A DNA stretch of 64,000 bases, taken from assembly GCA_013239625.1 (NCBI GenBank), contig MU053994.1:3477589-3541588 (forward strand). Reading direction: 5' to 3'. Source of the DNA: Lama guanicoe (lineage: Eukaryota). Below, in pieces: positions 40,721 to 52,655 of this stretch (its first letter is position 1; each line of letters opens with the position of its first letter). The translations under genes and the position numbers were made by a program. Under the pieces are notes generated by a model. The model worked only from the letters and a program-made list of their open reading frames with translations. It had not been told where the DNA came from and searched no databases.

Positions 40721-41430
40721 ATCTTTGTGCCATTATCGCCAATAAGGAAAAGCAAACTTAGAAGGATAAAGACTCGCCAAATGGTCAGTTGGTGCCAGTA
40801 GACACAGTGAAGACACTCAACAAGCACTTGACTAACTGAGGACTCACAGAGGAGATTTTATGGTCAAGGATCAGCTACAGGAAAATGCTTACTCAGAAAA
40901 CAGGGTTTACAGGCTAGAACGGGAAGCCAGTTTAGTCATTTTCAATAGCTATTCCACTTGTCACCTATCTGATCTTCCTCTTGCCTTGCTTTGGTTTGTT
41001 ACGGTTCTTTTCTTCTTTGTATCAGTTTGAGCGTGTCCAAGAAATCTTAGTTTTTCTTAATCTGTAGGCAATACTCTGTGTTTTCCGGTCTCATTTCCTT
41101 TCTTTAACCTGAAATGCCTTGGTTCCATGTCTTATATTTTATGCGGGGTGATTTTCCCCAAACAACAATAATTCAAAGTCTAAGAAACAGGGAAAGTTGA
41201 ACTAACTTTTCCAGGCATAGTGTTTCTGAGAAATTCTTATGCAATGCCTGATTCTGTCAAGTCAGCCATGCTATATCCAGAGAAAAGTGATCTCCCAGTC
41301 ACCATACCCTGAAAGCCTACAATCAGCCTACTACTGAAATGAGTCTTTTTGTTTTAGGGGGAGAAGTGGTGCTGGGGCGAGGACATGCTCTCTGATAGTT
41401 TGAAGAGAAATAAGAATGAAGTCTAGAGGC

Positions 41431-41850
41431 TGTATTAAGTTTTCTATTGTTGTATAACAAATTATCACACATTCAACAGCTTAAAACAGCACCCTCCCCT
41501 CCTGATCTCAGTTTCTGTAGATCAGGAGTCCAAAGGGCTGAGCTAGGTTTTCTGCTTAGGGTCTGTCTCACAGGCTCAAATCCAGGTGCCGGCCAGGATG
41601 TGCTCTTATCTAGAGACTCTGGAGAAGAATCTACTTCCAGGCTCATCCTGGTTGTTGGCAGACGTCAGTTCCTTGCAGCTGTAGGACTAAAGGTCCGTGT
41701 CCTTGCTGCCTGTTAGCCAGGCTCAAAGCTTCTAGACCCCACTTGTTTTCTTTACTGGTCTCTTTCATCTTCAAGCCAGCAAGCAGAGCATCTCTCTCTC
41801 ACATCAAAGCCCTTTCACAATTTACATCTCTCTCTCTCGGAATCTCCTTT
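41431..41850 (-). mobile_element. MaLR LTR (MLT1D/E-like)
   Basis: tgtattaagttttctattgttgtataacaaatta...tctcagtttctgtagatcagg...gaagaatctacttccaggctcatc...cagttccttgcagctgtaggact. Confidence 0.8.
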
Positions 41851-41869
41851 AAATCAATCCTCTTTAGTT

Positions 41870-42250
41870 AAATAAATGTATTTTTTTTAAATTATATTAC
41901 TTCCCAGTAATAGGAAACAGTATCACTTGCCATAAATATAAAGTGACCTAAAAAAATAGAACTAAAACAATAGTACTAAAAATTCTAGGTAGGTACTGTT
42001 GCCTTCCTTCTGAATGCTGTGAGCTTGAGGACTACTCTTACTTGAGGAAAAAGAAAAAGACTATTTTGGTTGCTAATGTTACATTAAAAAAACAAACTTA
42101 GACTTAAAGGTATTAGAGTAATCAGAAAGACTGAAAGAAGACTACAGAGAAATCTGTTCATTACTGTTTACTTAATGATTTATTGGGATACTATCTAAAA
42201 TGATACAGTCTACCACAATGCCAATCACATGTTTTAGGAAATATTACTTT
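41870..42250. mobile_element. Probable old hAT-Charlie DNA transposon remnant
   Basis: aattctaggtaggtactgttgcc...gtaatcagaaagactgaaagaa...ttttaggaaa resembles MER20B/MER113-class elements (from memory). Confidence 0.4.
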
Positions 42251-42602
42251 AAGCCCTGGTTAGAAATTTGGACTGAAAGAGAAGTGGTATAGGGTTTCTC
42301 TAAAAGAATTTGAATTCTGTGTCATAATAAAATCAATTAAGAACAAACAAACAAAAAGACTATAATCAGACTAAACCTAAAAAGAACATGGTTAATGAAA
42401 TGCCCTGAATTCAGGCACATATATACATACCCCGGAGCTTCCAAAGGCACAAAGATCCATAGACATCCATCCCTACACTGTTGCCATTTCGACTCTCCTT
42501 GAAAACAGATGGAAAGCAAGATTATTCTGTCTTGCTAAGACTGTATTCCTCTAGGAATTCTTAAAGGAGAAATTATGGTACATATAACAAGATCACTTAG
42601 AT

Positions 42603-42826
42603 TAGGGGTCAGCAAACTATAGGCCACAGGACAAATCCAGACTGCCACCTTTTTCAGTAAATACAGTTTTACTGGAATACAGCCACATGCATTTGTTTAT
42701 GTATTGTCTATGACTGCTTTTTGGCTACAACAGCAGAGCTGAGTGGTTGTGACAGCAACTGTATGGCCTGTAAAAACTAAAATATATACTCTCTGGCCCT
42801 TTATAGAAATAGGTTGCCCACCTCTC
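42603..42826 (+). mobile_element. MER58A hAT-Charlie MITE
   Basis: aggggtcagcaaactat...aaatacagttttactggaatacagcca...gcagagctgagtggttgtgacag...tctggccctttatagaaa. Confidence 0.9.
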
Positions 42827-43129
42827 AATTACATATTTCTCAAAAATGTTGATCTCAATTATATGACATGTTCATAGTGGAGGCTTCAGATTATGTCAAA
42901 TGACTGTGTTTCTTATCTCTTCAGTTTTTTTATGGGTAAATCAGTGTGTCGGTTCTATTTAGTATCAGGAATGGTACTCATTGAAGAATTGATACTACAT
43001 CACCACAATTATCAGAATGTAGATCTCCAAGAACATCTCAACCCATGCTCCTCTAGCCTTTCTTAAATATTTTATTCATCTCATCAACAAGAGATCATCT
43101 AAATAGAAAGTCAGACCATATCTTATGAT

Positions 43130-43820
43130 ACTATTTTTTTAAAATAAGCTTTATTTTTTAGAATAGTTTTGGATTTTCAGAAAAATTACAAAGATAATAC
43201 ATAGGGTTCCCACATATCTTGTACCCAGTTCCCCATTACTAACATTTTTCATTAGAATGGTACATTTGTTACAATTAATGAACCCATACTGATACATCAG
43301 CATTTACAAAAGGTTTTCTTTCTTTCTTCCTTCCTTCCTTCATTTCATTTCATTTCTTTAAATTTCATTTATATTATTTATTTACTTCCTTAGTTTTGAG
43401 CCTAAATGTTCTTTTTCTGTTCCAGGATCCATCCAGGACATTCAGTTATGTCTCCTCGGGTTCCTCATGGCTGTGACTATTTCTCAGACTTATCTTGTTT
43501 TTGATGACCTTGACCGTCTGGAAGAGTACTCTTCAGGTAATTTGTAGAATTTTCCTCGACTGGAATTTTTCTGGTACTTTTCCTCATGATTAGACTGGAG
43601 TTACGTGTTTTGGGGAGGAAGACCACAGAGGTAAAGTGCCATTTTTAGGACATCATATCTAAGGTACATACTGTCAACATGACTTGTCACTGTTGATGTT
43701 GACCTTGATCCCCTGGTTGAGGTAGTGCTTGTCATGTTTCTCCACTGTGAAATTATTCTTTTCTTCTCCCTTTCCATAATGTAGTCTTTGGAAGGAAGTC
43801 ATTACATTCAATCTACATAC
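43130..43820 (-). mobile_element. L1MC-type 3' end
   Basis: ttagaatagttttggattttcagaaaaattacaaaga...tccaggatccatccagga...ggggaggaagaccacagaggtaaagtgcc. Confidence 0.82.
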
Positions 43821-44069
43821 ACTGTTCATTTCTTAGTTATTAACACCATGAGAGTCTTTTATTTTCATTCCTAGTACTTTGGCTGTCCTTAGAGATTCAC
43901 TGTTTCTGAAGGTGAGTCATAGCATAGAAAATCTTATAATTTCCAAATTAAATAAGTCAGAATCTCCACAACTAAGTGTCCCTTAGGCAAAAAGTCTAAC
44001 AAAATGTCACTGATTCTGGATTCTTTTTTCTTTTTTTTTGAATCATTATGTTCACCATTATTTGTGTTT

Positions 44070-44139
44070 ATTTTTTTTTACATTTTTTATTGATTTATAA
44101 TCATTTTACAATGTTGTGTCAAATTCCAGTGTTCAGCAT
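44070..44139 (-). mobile_element. Very short (~70 bp) lineage-specific L1 3' tip with poly(A)
   Basis: tttttattgatttataatcattttacaatgttgtgtcaaattccagtgttcagca is the reverse complement of a terminus like that at 20490-20540. Confidence 0.75.
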
Positions 44140-47100
44140 GGACTATTTTTTCTGTCTGCCACTTTTATCCCATTTTGTACAAGCAGATGAGCCATCACCA
44201 TCTCACAACCTAATAGAGCCTTCCCTCTCCCTGAAATACATAATGAATTCAGTAAGATTTTGTGAAGAAAACAACTAAAAACTCTTGGTTGAGTTATGTT
44301 GGACTTGGTTGGCACCCTTCCTCGGGGCAATGATCTTCACAATGGAACACAACATCAAAGTCACTGATGGGTCCTGGTTGCTGAAGCACAGTCATTACCG
44401 AAGTGAACTAGGTAAGTGGAAGAGCCTTTTGCTAATTCTTTTCAAGCCAGAGCCTGAGCTGATCCCGGGCTGAAATGGGGCAATGGAGAAAGCTGACACT
44501 TGGCACCGACTCTCTTCCCTTTCCAGATCCCCTTCTCTTCACTTAGTGCTCGCCAAGGACCTCTGTGCTGGCTGCCGGTTATCACTGACAACACAAGCAG
44601 CCTTCAAGGGTGGCTGTCCCTTAAAGAGAGAGTTCAGAAGGAATGCTATTGGCGGCTTCATAGAGGACTCTGCTGGCCAGTTACCTCCCCACTGCCAAGA
44701 AGACGGACACTCACAGGCCAAATCAGACTAGAGATCGGAATCCACAGGATCAGGGTGGGGGCAGATACGCTAATGAGGACAAATGTTACCCAAGAGCTGA
44801 GAAAATTCAAATCCACTTCACGGAACTCATCTAGAACTAATCCTGTATAAGATGGCTAACACGCTAGCTGAGGTCATGGGCTCATTCTTTATTTCTTCTT
44901 GTTATCCTCATATGATCAAATACTTTGTGGTTAAAGAATAAAATAAGTGAAAAGCTTACAGAAGAGTACTGTTGTCAAAGTCAAAGACAAACAAAAAGAT
45001 TGAAATGATGCTATTTGAGTATTACCTAAAATATAAATTTTCATAATAGCTTTTTATGCCAAATATTTACTCATTCTACACATTTAAGCAGAGAAGAAAG
45101 AAATCAGTATTTCTGACCTTGATCCAACTCTGACCCCAGTCAAGGGACAGCCTAACAAGAAAATGCAAAGTTGATGCTGACCTTGCTTTCTTTGTTGGGA
45201 AAAAATGAGAACCCAATTATGTCCCCTAGAAAGTCAGATTTATTCCACTTAACATCAAGTGCTTCAACCAAAAGGCTAATAACTGAAGTAATAGGTGAAA
45301 AATGCATACCAAACCAAGACTTCAAAACAGTACATCTGGTGTGCAATTCACTGTAGGGTTGCAGGCAATTAGGGTTTCCTCAAACATGTTTCACAGAGCC
45401 AGTTTATTATAACAGAGAAGAAATGAGTTCCACTGCACAATCCTATTTTATTTTGGCTGTACCATTATTAGTAAATAATACCAAAAGTACTGAATAACAA
45501 AGAGATGTCATCAGTTGAAAAAAATGATAGACCACAATTCTTTCTAGGGAGCATATCAAACAGGTCATTACCTTGTCACGTGTGGGGAAATCCTGGTATT
45601 TCCACAATACACATATGCAGAGTTACTGTCCTTAATAAGACTGTAGTTTGTTGCTTCCATATAACAGACTGGATTTTTGAGCTTTTTTATATCCCTGATG
45701 TACCACAAACACTTAGCTGATCCATAATACAAACAATGCAAAGTACCATACATCTGCTGCTTTCATTTCTCAAATGAAATGGATCTCAATACCAGCTAAG
45801 GAAACCACATTAGGCTACAAAAATCTCATCTACAGGTAATAGACTATTGATCAAGACCAGTAATTCTTTCTGAAAGAGGTCACTCAATTTAAACCTTATC
45901 TCAGGTAGGTAAAATACATTATAGTGATCAGAAAATAAAGATGGTTGTGGTTACCAGTCGAATTAGCAAAGTCTACTATTTAAATCACTGCTCAAGACAC
46001 GCAGCCTTGCCGTCATGTTGCTCTTACTGGTTCGGATTAGGACTTGATTCAAATATACCGTGCTTAATGTCTTTCAATCTTAATAAAACATTAAATAAAT
46101 TAAACTATCAACCACAGTACATAATGCTTAAAGCCATTAGCGCAAATCTGTTTTTACTGCTTTATCTGAAATCTTGGAGAGATTCCTACCCTCAACCAGA
46201 AAGTCATTGCTAAGCAAGAGAACAGTTTTAATAATATGTCCTTTAAAAAGTGAAATTCTGCATTTCTGTATTTGCCTAGAGTAGAACTGATCAGAAACAA
46301 AAATATTTGAAAACCATAATAATCCTTTTGGGTTCTTCCTTAAATTGCGGTGAGTCTTCTTTATGGCCTGACTAAATATTACGGTCTTCTTGTCCTGTTG
46401 AAGTTCCCTCTCTTCGGGACTCAGATTCTTTACAGCACCTGCAAAAACCATTTTAGAGCCTTCTTCCTTTCCCCACCTTTAACTCCTCAGACAGAACATC
46501 TTGGTTTACTCCAAGTCACAGCCATGCTACTCTCATTGTCATCAAAAACATCACTACGGGGACTCCTTCACTCTTAGTCGCTTAATGAGCCACAATAAAG
46601 CTCTACTTATGCCCTCTCACTCTAGAGTTACTGAGATGTCCTGAAGAAAGTAGTAAGGTGAGGGGAAGCTGGTGGAGAGGACTGCCAGGGAAACAAGAAT
46701 GCATGTCAAACGAAGCATAATAATCAAGAAGGCATAATAATGCTCCCTTTAAAAAAAAACTATACTGGTTAGTGTATTACTGTATAATGATAAAAAACTA
46801 ACATACAATTCCAGTACGAAAGAAAACTTACAATGGTGGAAGCCATAATAGATAAAATTTGATACTTAAAAAAGTTTGATTTTAGGATTTACATAGAAAA
46901 AAAATTAATCCCAATGAAAATGTTTTCAGGAAAATAAATATGAAAATAGAAAAAATTATAAATGGTTTAACTGTATGATACAGAAAACTCATCAAGGAAT
47001 TAAGATGGCTTAGAGGAACCATCTGGCTGAGAAATACTTTCTCAACAAAAAATAATTAATATTGGTTTAATTCTAATTAAAATATTTATATTTACATCCA

Positions 47101-47289
47101 ACTAGTCAAAAGCTTCTACAGATCAAAAGTCCTGCCCTTATCAAAGAAGCATAAAAGGATCTCATTCTCATGTCACATTTACCATAGTTTCCCAAAGAGA
47201 GTAACAATAAGAATGACAAAATTATTAGTAACAGGGTTGTATTAGTATTATTAGTATATATTAGAAATATATTCTTAGAAATATATCAC

Positions 47290-47510
47290 TTTTCTAAGAC
47301 TTGCTGGTATTATTAATTTATTTAATTCTCATAATTTATCTATAAAATAGAAAGTGTCTTTATTCCCATTTTACAGATGAGAAAACTGAGTTACAGAGAA
47401 GTTAAATAACTTGGCCATAGTCCCAGTGCTAGTACTAACTGCTTCAATCAGAATTCAAATCCAAAGATTCCAGATCCAGAGCCCATGACTTTAACCATTA
47501 TATTATCCTT
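47290..47510 (-). mobile_element. MIR SINE
   Basis: ttcccattttacagatgagaaaactgag...agagaagttaaataacttggcca. Confidence 0.8.
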
Positions 47511-50076
47511 GTCTTACACCTGCATCAGACCTGCCCAAGGTCCCCTGCTGAAGTTATCCAATTTTATCCCTTTTACATAAGCCAAAACCCATCTGTTGTA
47601 TTTATTAGGAAATTTTGTATACTTCAGTTGCCTTCTGTGTTTTATTTACGTTCTGCAATACTTTGGGTTTTCTTTTTAACTACCATATAGTAAGTGTTCA
47701 CTTATATGATATGAGAAAAATACTGTATTTTGTAGAAAGCATCCCCCTCATATTCAAAGTTTAATTTAAAAGCAACTTTCAAACTTAAAAAATGAAGTTA
47801 ACTCTGTATATTGACTTAAGTTTCCTTTCTGCTGAATGATACACTACTAAGTGGCACTAAAAACATCATGATCTTGGTTAGAATCTGACACTGAATTAGA
47901 ATATCAAAAATATTTCTTCTGGAGTAATTCTATAAATACATGGCAGTGACATTTCTACCAAGTATTCTGTAGGCAAATAAACTAGCAGAGGCAAATACGG
48001 AGTCCATGTTCCACATATCTGGCACTGGATCAAGAGTCAAGATAATATGGGTGTCCAGTTCTGGCTTTGCAACTGATGGGTTGCATATTATTGAGGCACA
48101 GTCACTCTGTGACTGTTTCCTCATTTACTAGAGTGTTAGAGGCAAATGAACACCTCCATTTTGCCAAGCTCTAAATTTTGACTTCAGAAAAAACCGTAAG
48201 GCACTGGAGGTTTCCTTATAGGCTTTCTTTCCCCACCCCTCTCTGTTTCATCAACTACCACAAGACAATCATCTTCTCTGACTGTAGATTGGAACATATG
48301 TGTTTTAGTTCTAGATTCATCACTATTGGTTCCAACTCTCTGGAGCTTTCCTCAAATAGAGGAATTAGACTGGTCCCCAATCTCCTTTTGAAGGGACAAG
48401 TCACTTGATTTACCCAAAGACTGAAGATTAATAATCAGGAGCAAGGAGAATACTCATGGGACACAACATTCCCAGAGTGAAGGAAAGGTCTGTTCCTGAC
48501 AGAAGTTACCAGAGTCCAGCCCTGAACAGAAATTATGAGCAAGGGTGAAACCTATAGTAGTAACCTGAGACCACCAGAAAGATCAAGAGCCCAGAAGGAG
48601 AGGAATATGCCAAATAAATATAAGACTTATTTCCACACTTCTTTCGTTTGATATACTCAATCTTAAAAGGACAGTGTGGCAGTGGAATACCTGTGCCTAA
48701 TAAAAGCAGTTGTTCAGTAAGGTACTTGCTGATTTCAATTCTGACAAATCAGATCAAACTATAACATTATCATCTAACCATTCTATACCATGAGTTTCTC
48801 TCCCTTCCCACAATATCTAGGTATGGTATTGGTATTTTTGTAATTTAGCAGAAAGATCCTGGTTAAAGTGCTATAAAATACAGTCAACAACATGGGGGTT
48901 GGGGCGCCAACCCTAACTACACCTTAAAAAGATCTCAATACATATTAGCAAATTTAAGGCTCTCAAAGGTCCTATGGAAAAGACACTTGTTAAATTTCAT
49001 TAAAACTAGCTTGTCCTAAACTTTTGAGCACACAATTTCTTTTAAAAAAAGAATTAATATTCTTTGAGGCATATTTTGGGAGACGCTATCCTACAGCCTT
49101 AGTCAAGATCTGGAGTGTTCATCTAACTGTGGAACTGAATTCAACTCAGGACACATCAAGTAAAATGACAACAAAAAGCACAGCAGTCAACTAACTATGC
49201 ATTTGATTCCCAGGGGAGGGAAATATGCAATGTATAAAAATAATGAACCCTTCGGCCTTCCTCTGCTCTGTCTCAGCGGCACTTGAGACCCTGAGCTGGC
49301 CATCCCAGAAGGAACAGACTGAAATCACTGACTATATGCGATCAAATGGGAATAATTTGAATGCCCAAGCATGTCTATGAAAATATCAGCCAAATAATAT
49401 TTGGTTCTAATTTTTCTTCCAGTTTCATTTTTTTTCAAATTCTATTACAAAATCTGGAAATCCTAGGCAACACTCAAATGTTTATTATAAATATAGCTGC
49501 TCTATTTGTTTATTCTTTAGAACTGTGCTGCCCATGTTAAGGACTAAGTAAATCACCAAATAATTGAAAGATTACTAAACTTCTGAGCTCTGCAAAGATA
49601 ATTTTAAACATCAAAGAGAAAAATGTGCAAATTTTAGACAAATTTTAATTTACAGAAATTAAAAATCACAGTTCACTGTTTTTCATTTATAGGTAATTCT
49701 CAAAATAGATCTGAAGAAGATCCTGTAAGAAGCTGTAGAGGGGTAGATGATGGAGAATTTGGAAGCAATAAAAAAAATGCATGAATTATTACTACACTGA
49801 GTAGGACTACTGTCCTTTGTTAGAAATGGTTAGCATCAATCTGTTATCACACTAAATAAATTTGAAATTTTTTTCAAAAAGTGTCATAAGACTTTGTGAT
49901 TTCATTTATGATTACTCAGCAAGAAATCAATTACTCACTTAAGAGTATTAAGAACATGAAGGAGGATTTCCTGTCCTAAAAGCATTCATTAACATTCAGA
50001 TTAATATAAGGAGATTCAACATCACACCTCTGGAAACTTAAACAAATATTTAGTGAATTCAAGACTTGTAGATACT

Positions 50077-50166
50077 GGGGGAGAGTATAGCTCAGTGGTA
50101 GAGTGCATGCTTAGCTTGCTTGAGGTCCGCAGTTCAACCCCCAGTGCCTCCATTAAAAAAAAAAAA
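50077..50166 (+). mobile_element. tRNA-Ala-derived camelid SINE (Vic type)
   Basis: ggggagagtatagctcagtggtagagtgcatgcttagc...gaggtcc..gttcaacccccagtgcctcc followed by poly(A). Has Pol III A and B boxes. Confidence 0.85.
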
Positions 50167-50300
50167 TTAACAGAATTCTCAAACAGAAAAGACGGCCACT
50201 TGTAGGTATTTTCAATACGCAACTTAATTTTATTTCAGAGATATAAATATTTACCTTGAACATCCTCAGATAAAAGTAGTTTCATATCTGTTGAACATGT

Positions 50301-50453
50301 TCTTAGTTTTTTTGGGTTTTTTGGGGGGGTCAGGGGGAGGTAATTAGGTTTGTTTATTTATTTATTTTTAGAGGTAGTGGGGATTGAACCCGAGACCCCG
50401 CGCATGCTTGCATGCTAAGCATGCGCTCAACCACTTGAGCTCTACCCTCCCCC
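50301..50453 (-). mobile_element. tRNA-Ala-derived camelid SINE (Vic type) with 18-bp TSD
   Basis: Same head on the minus strand with tail aaataaataaacaaacctaattacctcccc. TSD catatctgttgaacatgt (50283-50300) / catatctattggacatgt (50456-50473). Confidence 0.9.
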
Positions 50454-50859
50454 TCCATATCTATTGGACATGTAAAAATATGCAAGTTGCTTTACTGAAT
50501 CCCAAGAATGATACCTTGTAGGAACTAACATAGTAAGGCATCACACAGACTTTGCTTACACATCTTTATGATTAAGACAATTGTTTTGTCCTTTGCTTTG
50601 TGGTTTTCAGACTTCCTTCTTCATTTACCCCCAACTTACCAGGTTTATTAACAATACTGTAAGTAAGCTCTACGACCTATACAACTTTGGAAACCTGTCC
50701 TCCTTCCTTGGGTCCAACTCATAATGCTAGAGCCATCTCATTTCACTTGCACAACACTGAGAGAGATCAAAGCACTTTTTTTGTCATTTCTCAACACTCC
50801 TGAAATGTGAAGAAAACAGTATTATTCCTATTTTAAAGATCAAAATGGAAGTGCAGAAA

Positions 50860-51005
50860 GCATAAAGAGGGCTTCTGGTAATGTCCTAGTTTCTTGACTT
50901 CGGTGTGTGTGTTCAGTTTGCAAAAGCTCATCAAGCTACATACACTAATGATTTTTATATTCTTTGGTATGTTATGTTATACTCTAATAAAAAAAAGTTC
51001 AAGAA
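50860..51005 (+). mobile_element. Old L1 3' tip nested in a MIR-like sequence
   Basis: gagggcttctggtaatgtcctagtttcttgact...gtgttcagtttgcaaaagctcatcaagct...aataaaaaaa. Confidence 0.65.
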
Positions 51006-51719
51006 AGTAAAAAACTGGAGATTAAGATTCCAAAACACCCCAATGATTCACTTACGGTCGGTGGTTAGAGGCCGGCTCACATGCAACCGTGTGACTCCTA
51101 GGCAGTCCTCAAGTGCTCTACATCAAACTGCCCATGTTAATCATTTCCTTCCACTCAGTCTCTTACTTCTCCTTTGATCATTAACAAAGTATTCTGCCTC
51201 ATCACTGGAATATGCCTGGAATACCACGCTTAAAAAATCTTTCTCTTCATGCCAACTTAATCTTACACACATGCAGTAATACAGATACATATTCCTACAA
51301 CACCCAAGCCTCATCCTAGCTAGGAGATCCAAATCCATTTTGCTAATTAATAACCATGCTTTGATAGTCTGACTGCAACTTTTATAAACGATTACTGCAT
51401 TGTGTACAATTATGTTTTTAACTATAAGACGTCTCATTATCTAAACTGTTTAACTCAATCTTTATACTTTCTTTAAAAATGCTAACAACTGAAATGTGGG
51501 CGAGAAAAGAAAATCTTACTCTATTCCCCATACCTCTTAGATTCTCTAGGATGATAGCAAAAAGTCAGTAAAACAACTCTACAGAAACCAGATTTGGTTA
51601 CATAAACATTTCACCTTCCCAATCTATTTACCTTCCCAGTCTCAAGTCTCAACACCACCTAGACACACACTACATCCACCTATGCAAACGACAATTATGT
51701 TTTAAAGATTAGGTTCTCA

Positions 51720-52245
51720 TCGACCTCCAATGCCTTTGTACAAACTGCTTCCTCTGCCTAGACTACCCTTCCCCTTGTCAACCCCTCTACCAATTCTTCA
51801 AGACTTAGCTCGAGTATCTCAGAATTGCTTTAAATTCACCTCAGATCAAGTTAAGCTCTCTCTCCCCCCTTGAAGCACAAGATTGCTGCATACTAGTAGA
51901 AAAAACAATGCAAAGAGTCACAAAACTTACTGATAAAATATTAAAATATGTTGTGGAGTTTGAAAGATATTCCTACTCAGAAGCTGGATCATTCCCCCAA
52001 TTCTCTTTTGAAGTAGGTTGGGTTCCCTTTCTAGATTCTGTCATAGCACCCCTTGGCTTTCCTTCACAGCACTCACAACTGAATTTTAAACAATTATTTG
52101 TAGAATCATTGAACATCCCTCTCTTGCTCTAGATTGCAAGTTCCATGACACAAAGCGCACCTTCTATGTTATCCACAGCTATATCCCCCCAGGACTCAGA
52201 ACCTGGAACACAGTAACTGCTCAATATATTTTGTTGAATGAATGT
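51720..52245 (+). mobile_element. L2 3' region
   Basis: ttcttcaagacttagctc...ctagattgcaagttccatga...acctggaacacagtaactgctcaatatattttgttgaatgaatg. Confidence 0.72.
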
Positions 52246-52479
52246 TTCCAAGGAGCTCCATACCATTTTGGCTCACTTGATAGGCCATTTTGGCTTACTG
52301 CTTCAAAAGTGATATTCTGACTTAGTATGCTGAATTTGCTTCACATATGCAACTTACGGTTTATAGACATCATGAAACAATCACAACTATGGCCCAACTA
52401 AGAAAGTGAAATAATTCAATGTATTATTTACATGTTTACTTCCCCTATTAAATGAGTTCCCAAATGGCAGGGACTGTGT

Positions 52480-52655
52480 ACAATTAGCGAAAGGTGGCTG
52501 AACAGTTCAGACAATAGAGTCAAACTTACTTAGGCTCCCAGTTTTAACACTCAAGAGCTTGCTAACCCTGACAAGCGACTTAAACCTGTTGGAGCCTCCG
52601 TTTACATATGTCTATAAAGTGAGAATACCACCACCCATCTCTTGGGATTGTTGTA
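52480..52655 (+). mobile_element. MIR SINE (truncated by the L1)
   Basis: accctgacaagcgacttaaacctgttggagcctccgtt...ctataaagtgagaata. Confidence 0.6.

Noticed and set aside
44285..44473. LAPFLGAM resembling bornavirus nucleoprotein LFPFLGAI
   Set aside because: Only a 5-residue match, with no flanking similarity that I can see.
50077..50152. Possible functional tRNA-Ala gene
   Set aside because: It has a poly(A) tail, degenerate stems and related dispersed copies (one with a TSD), so it is a SINE.
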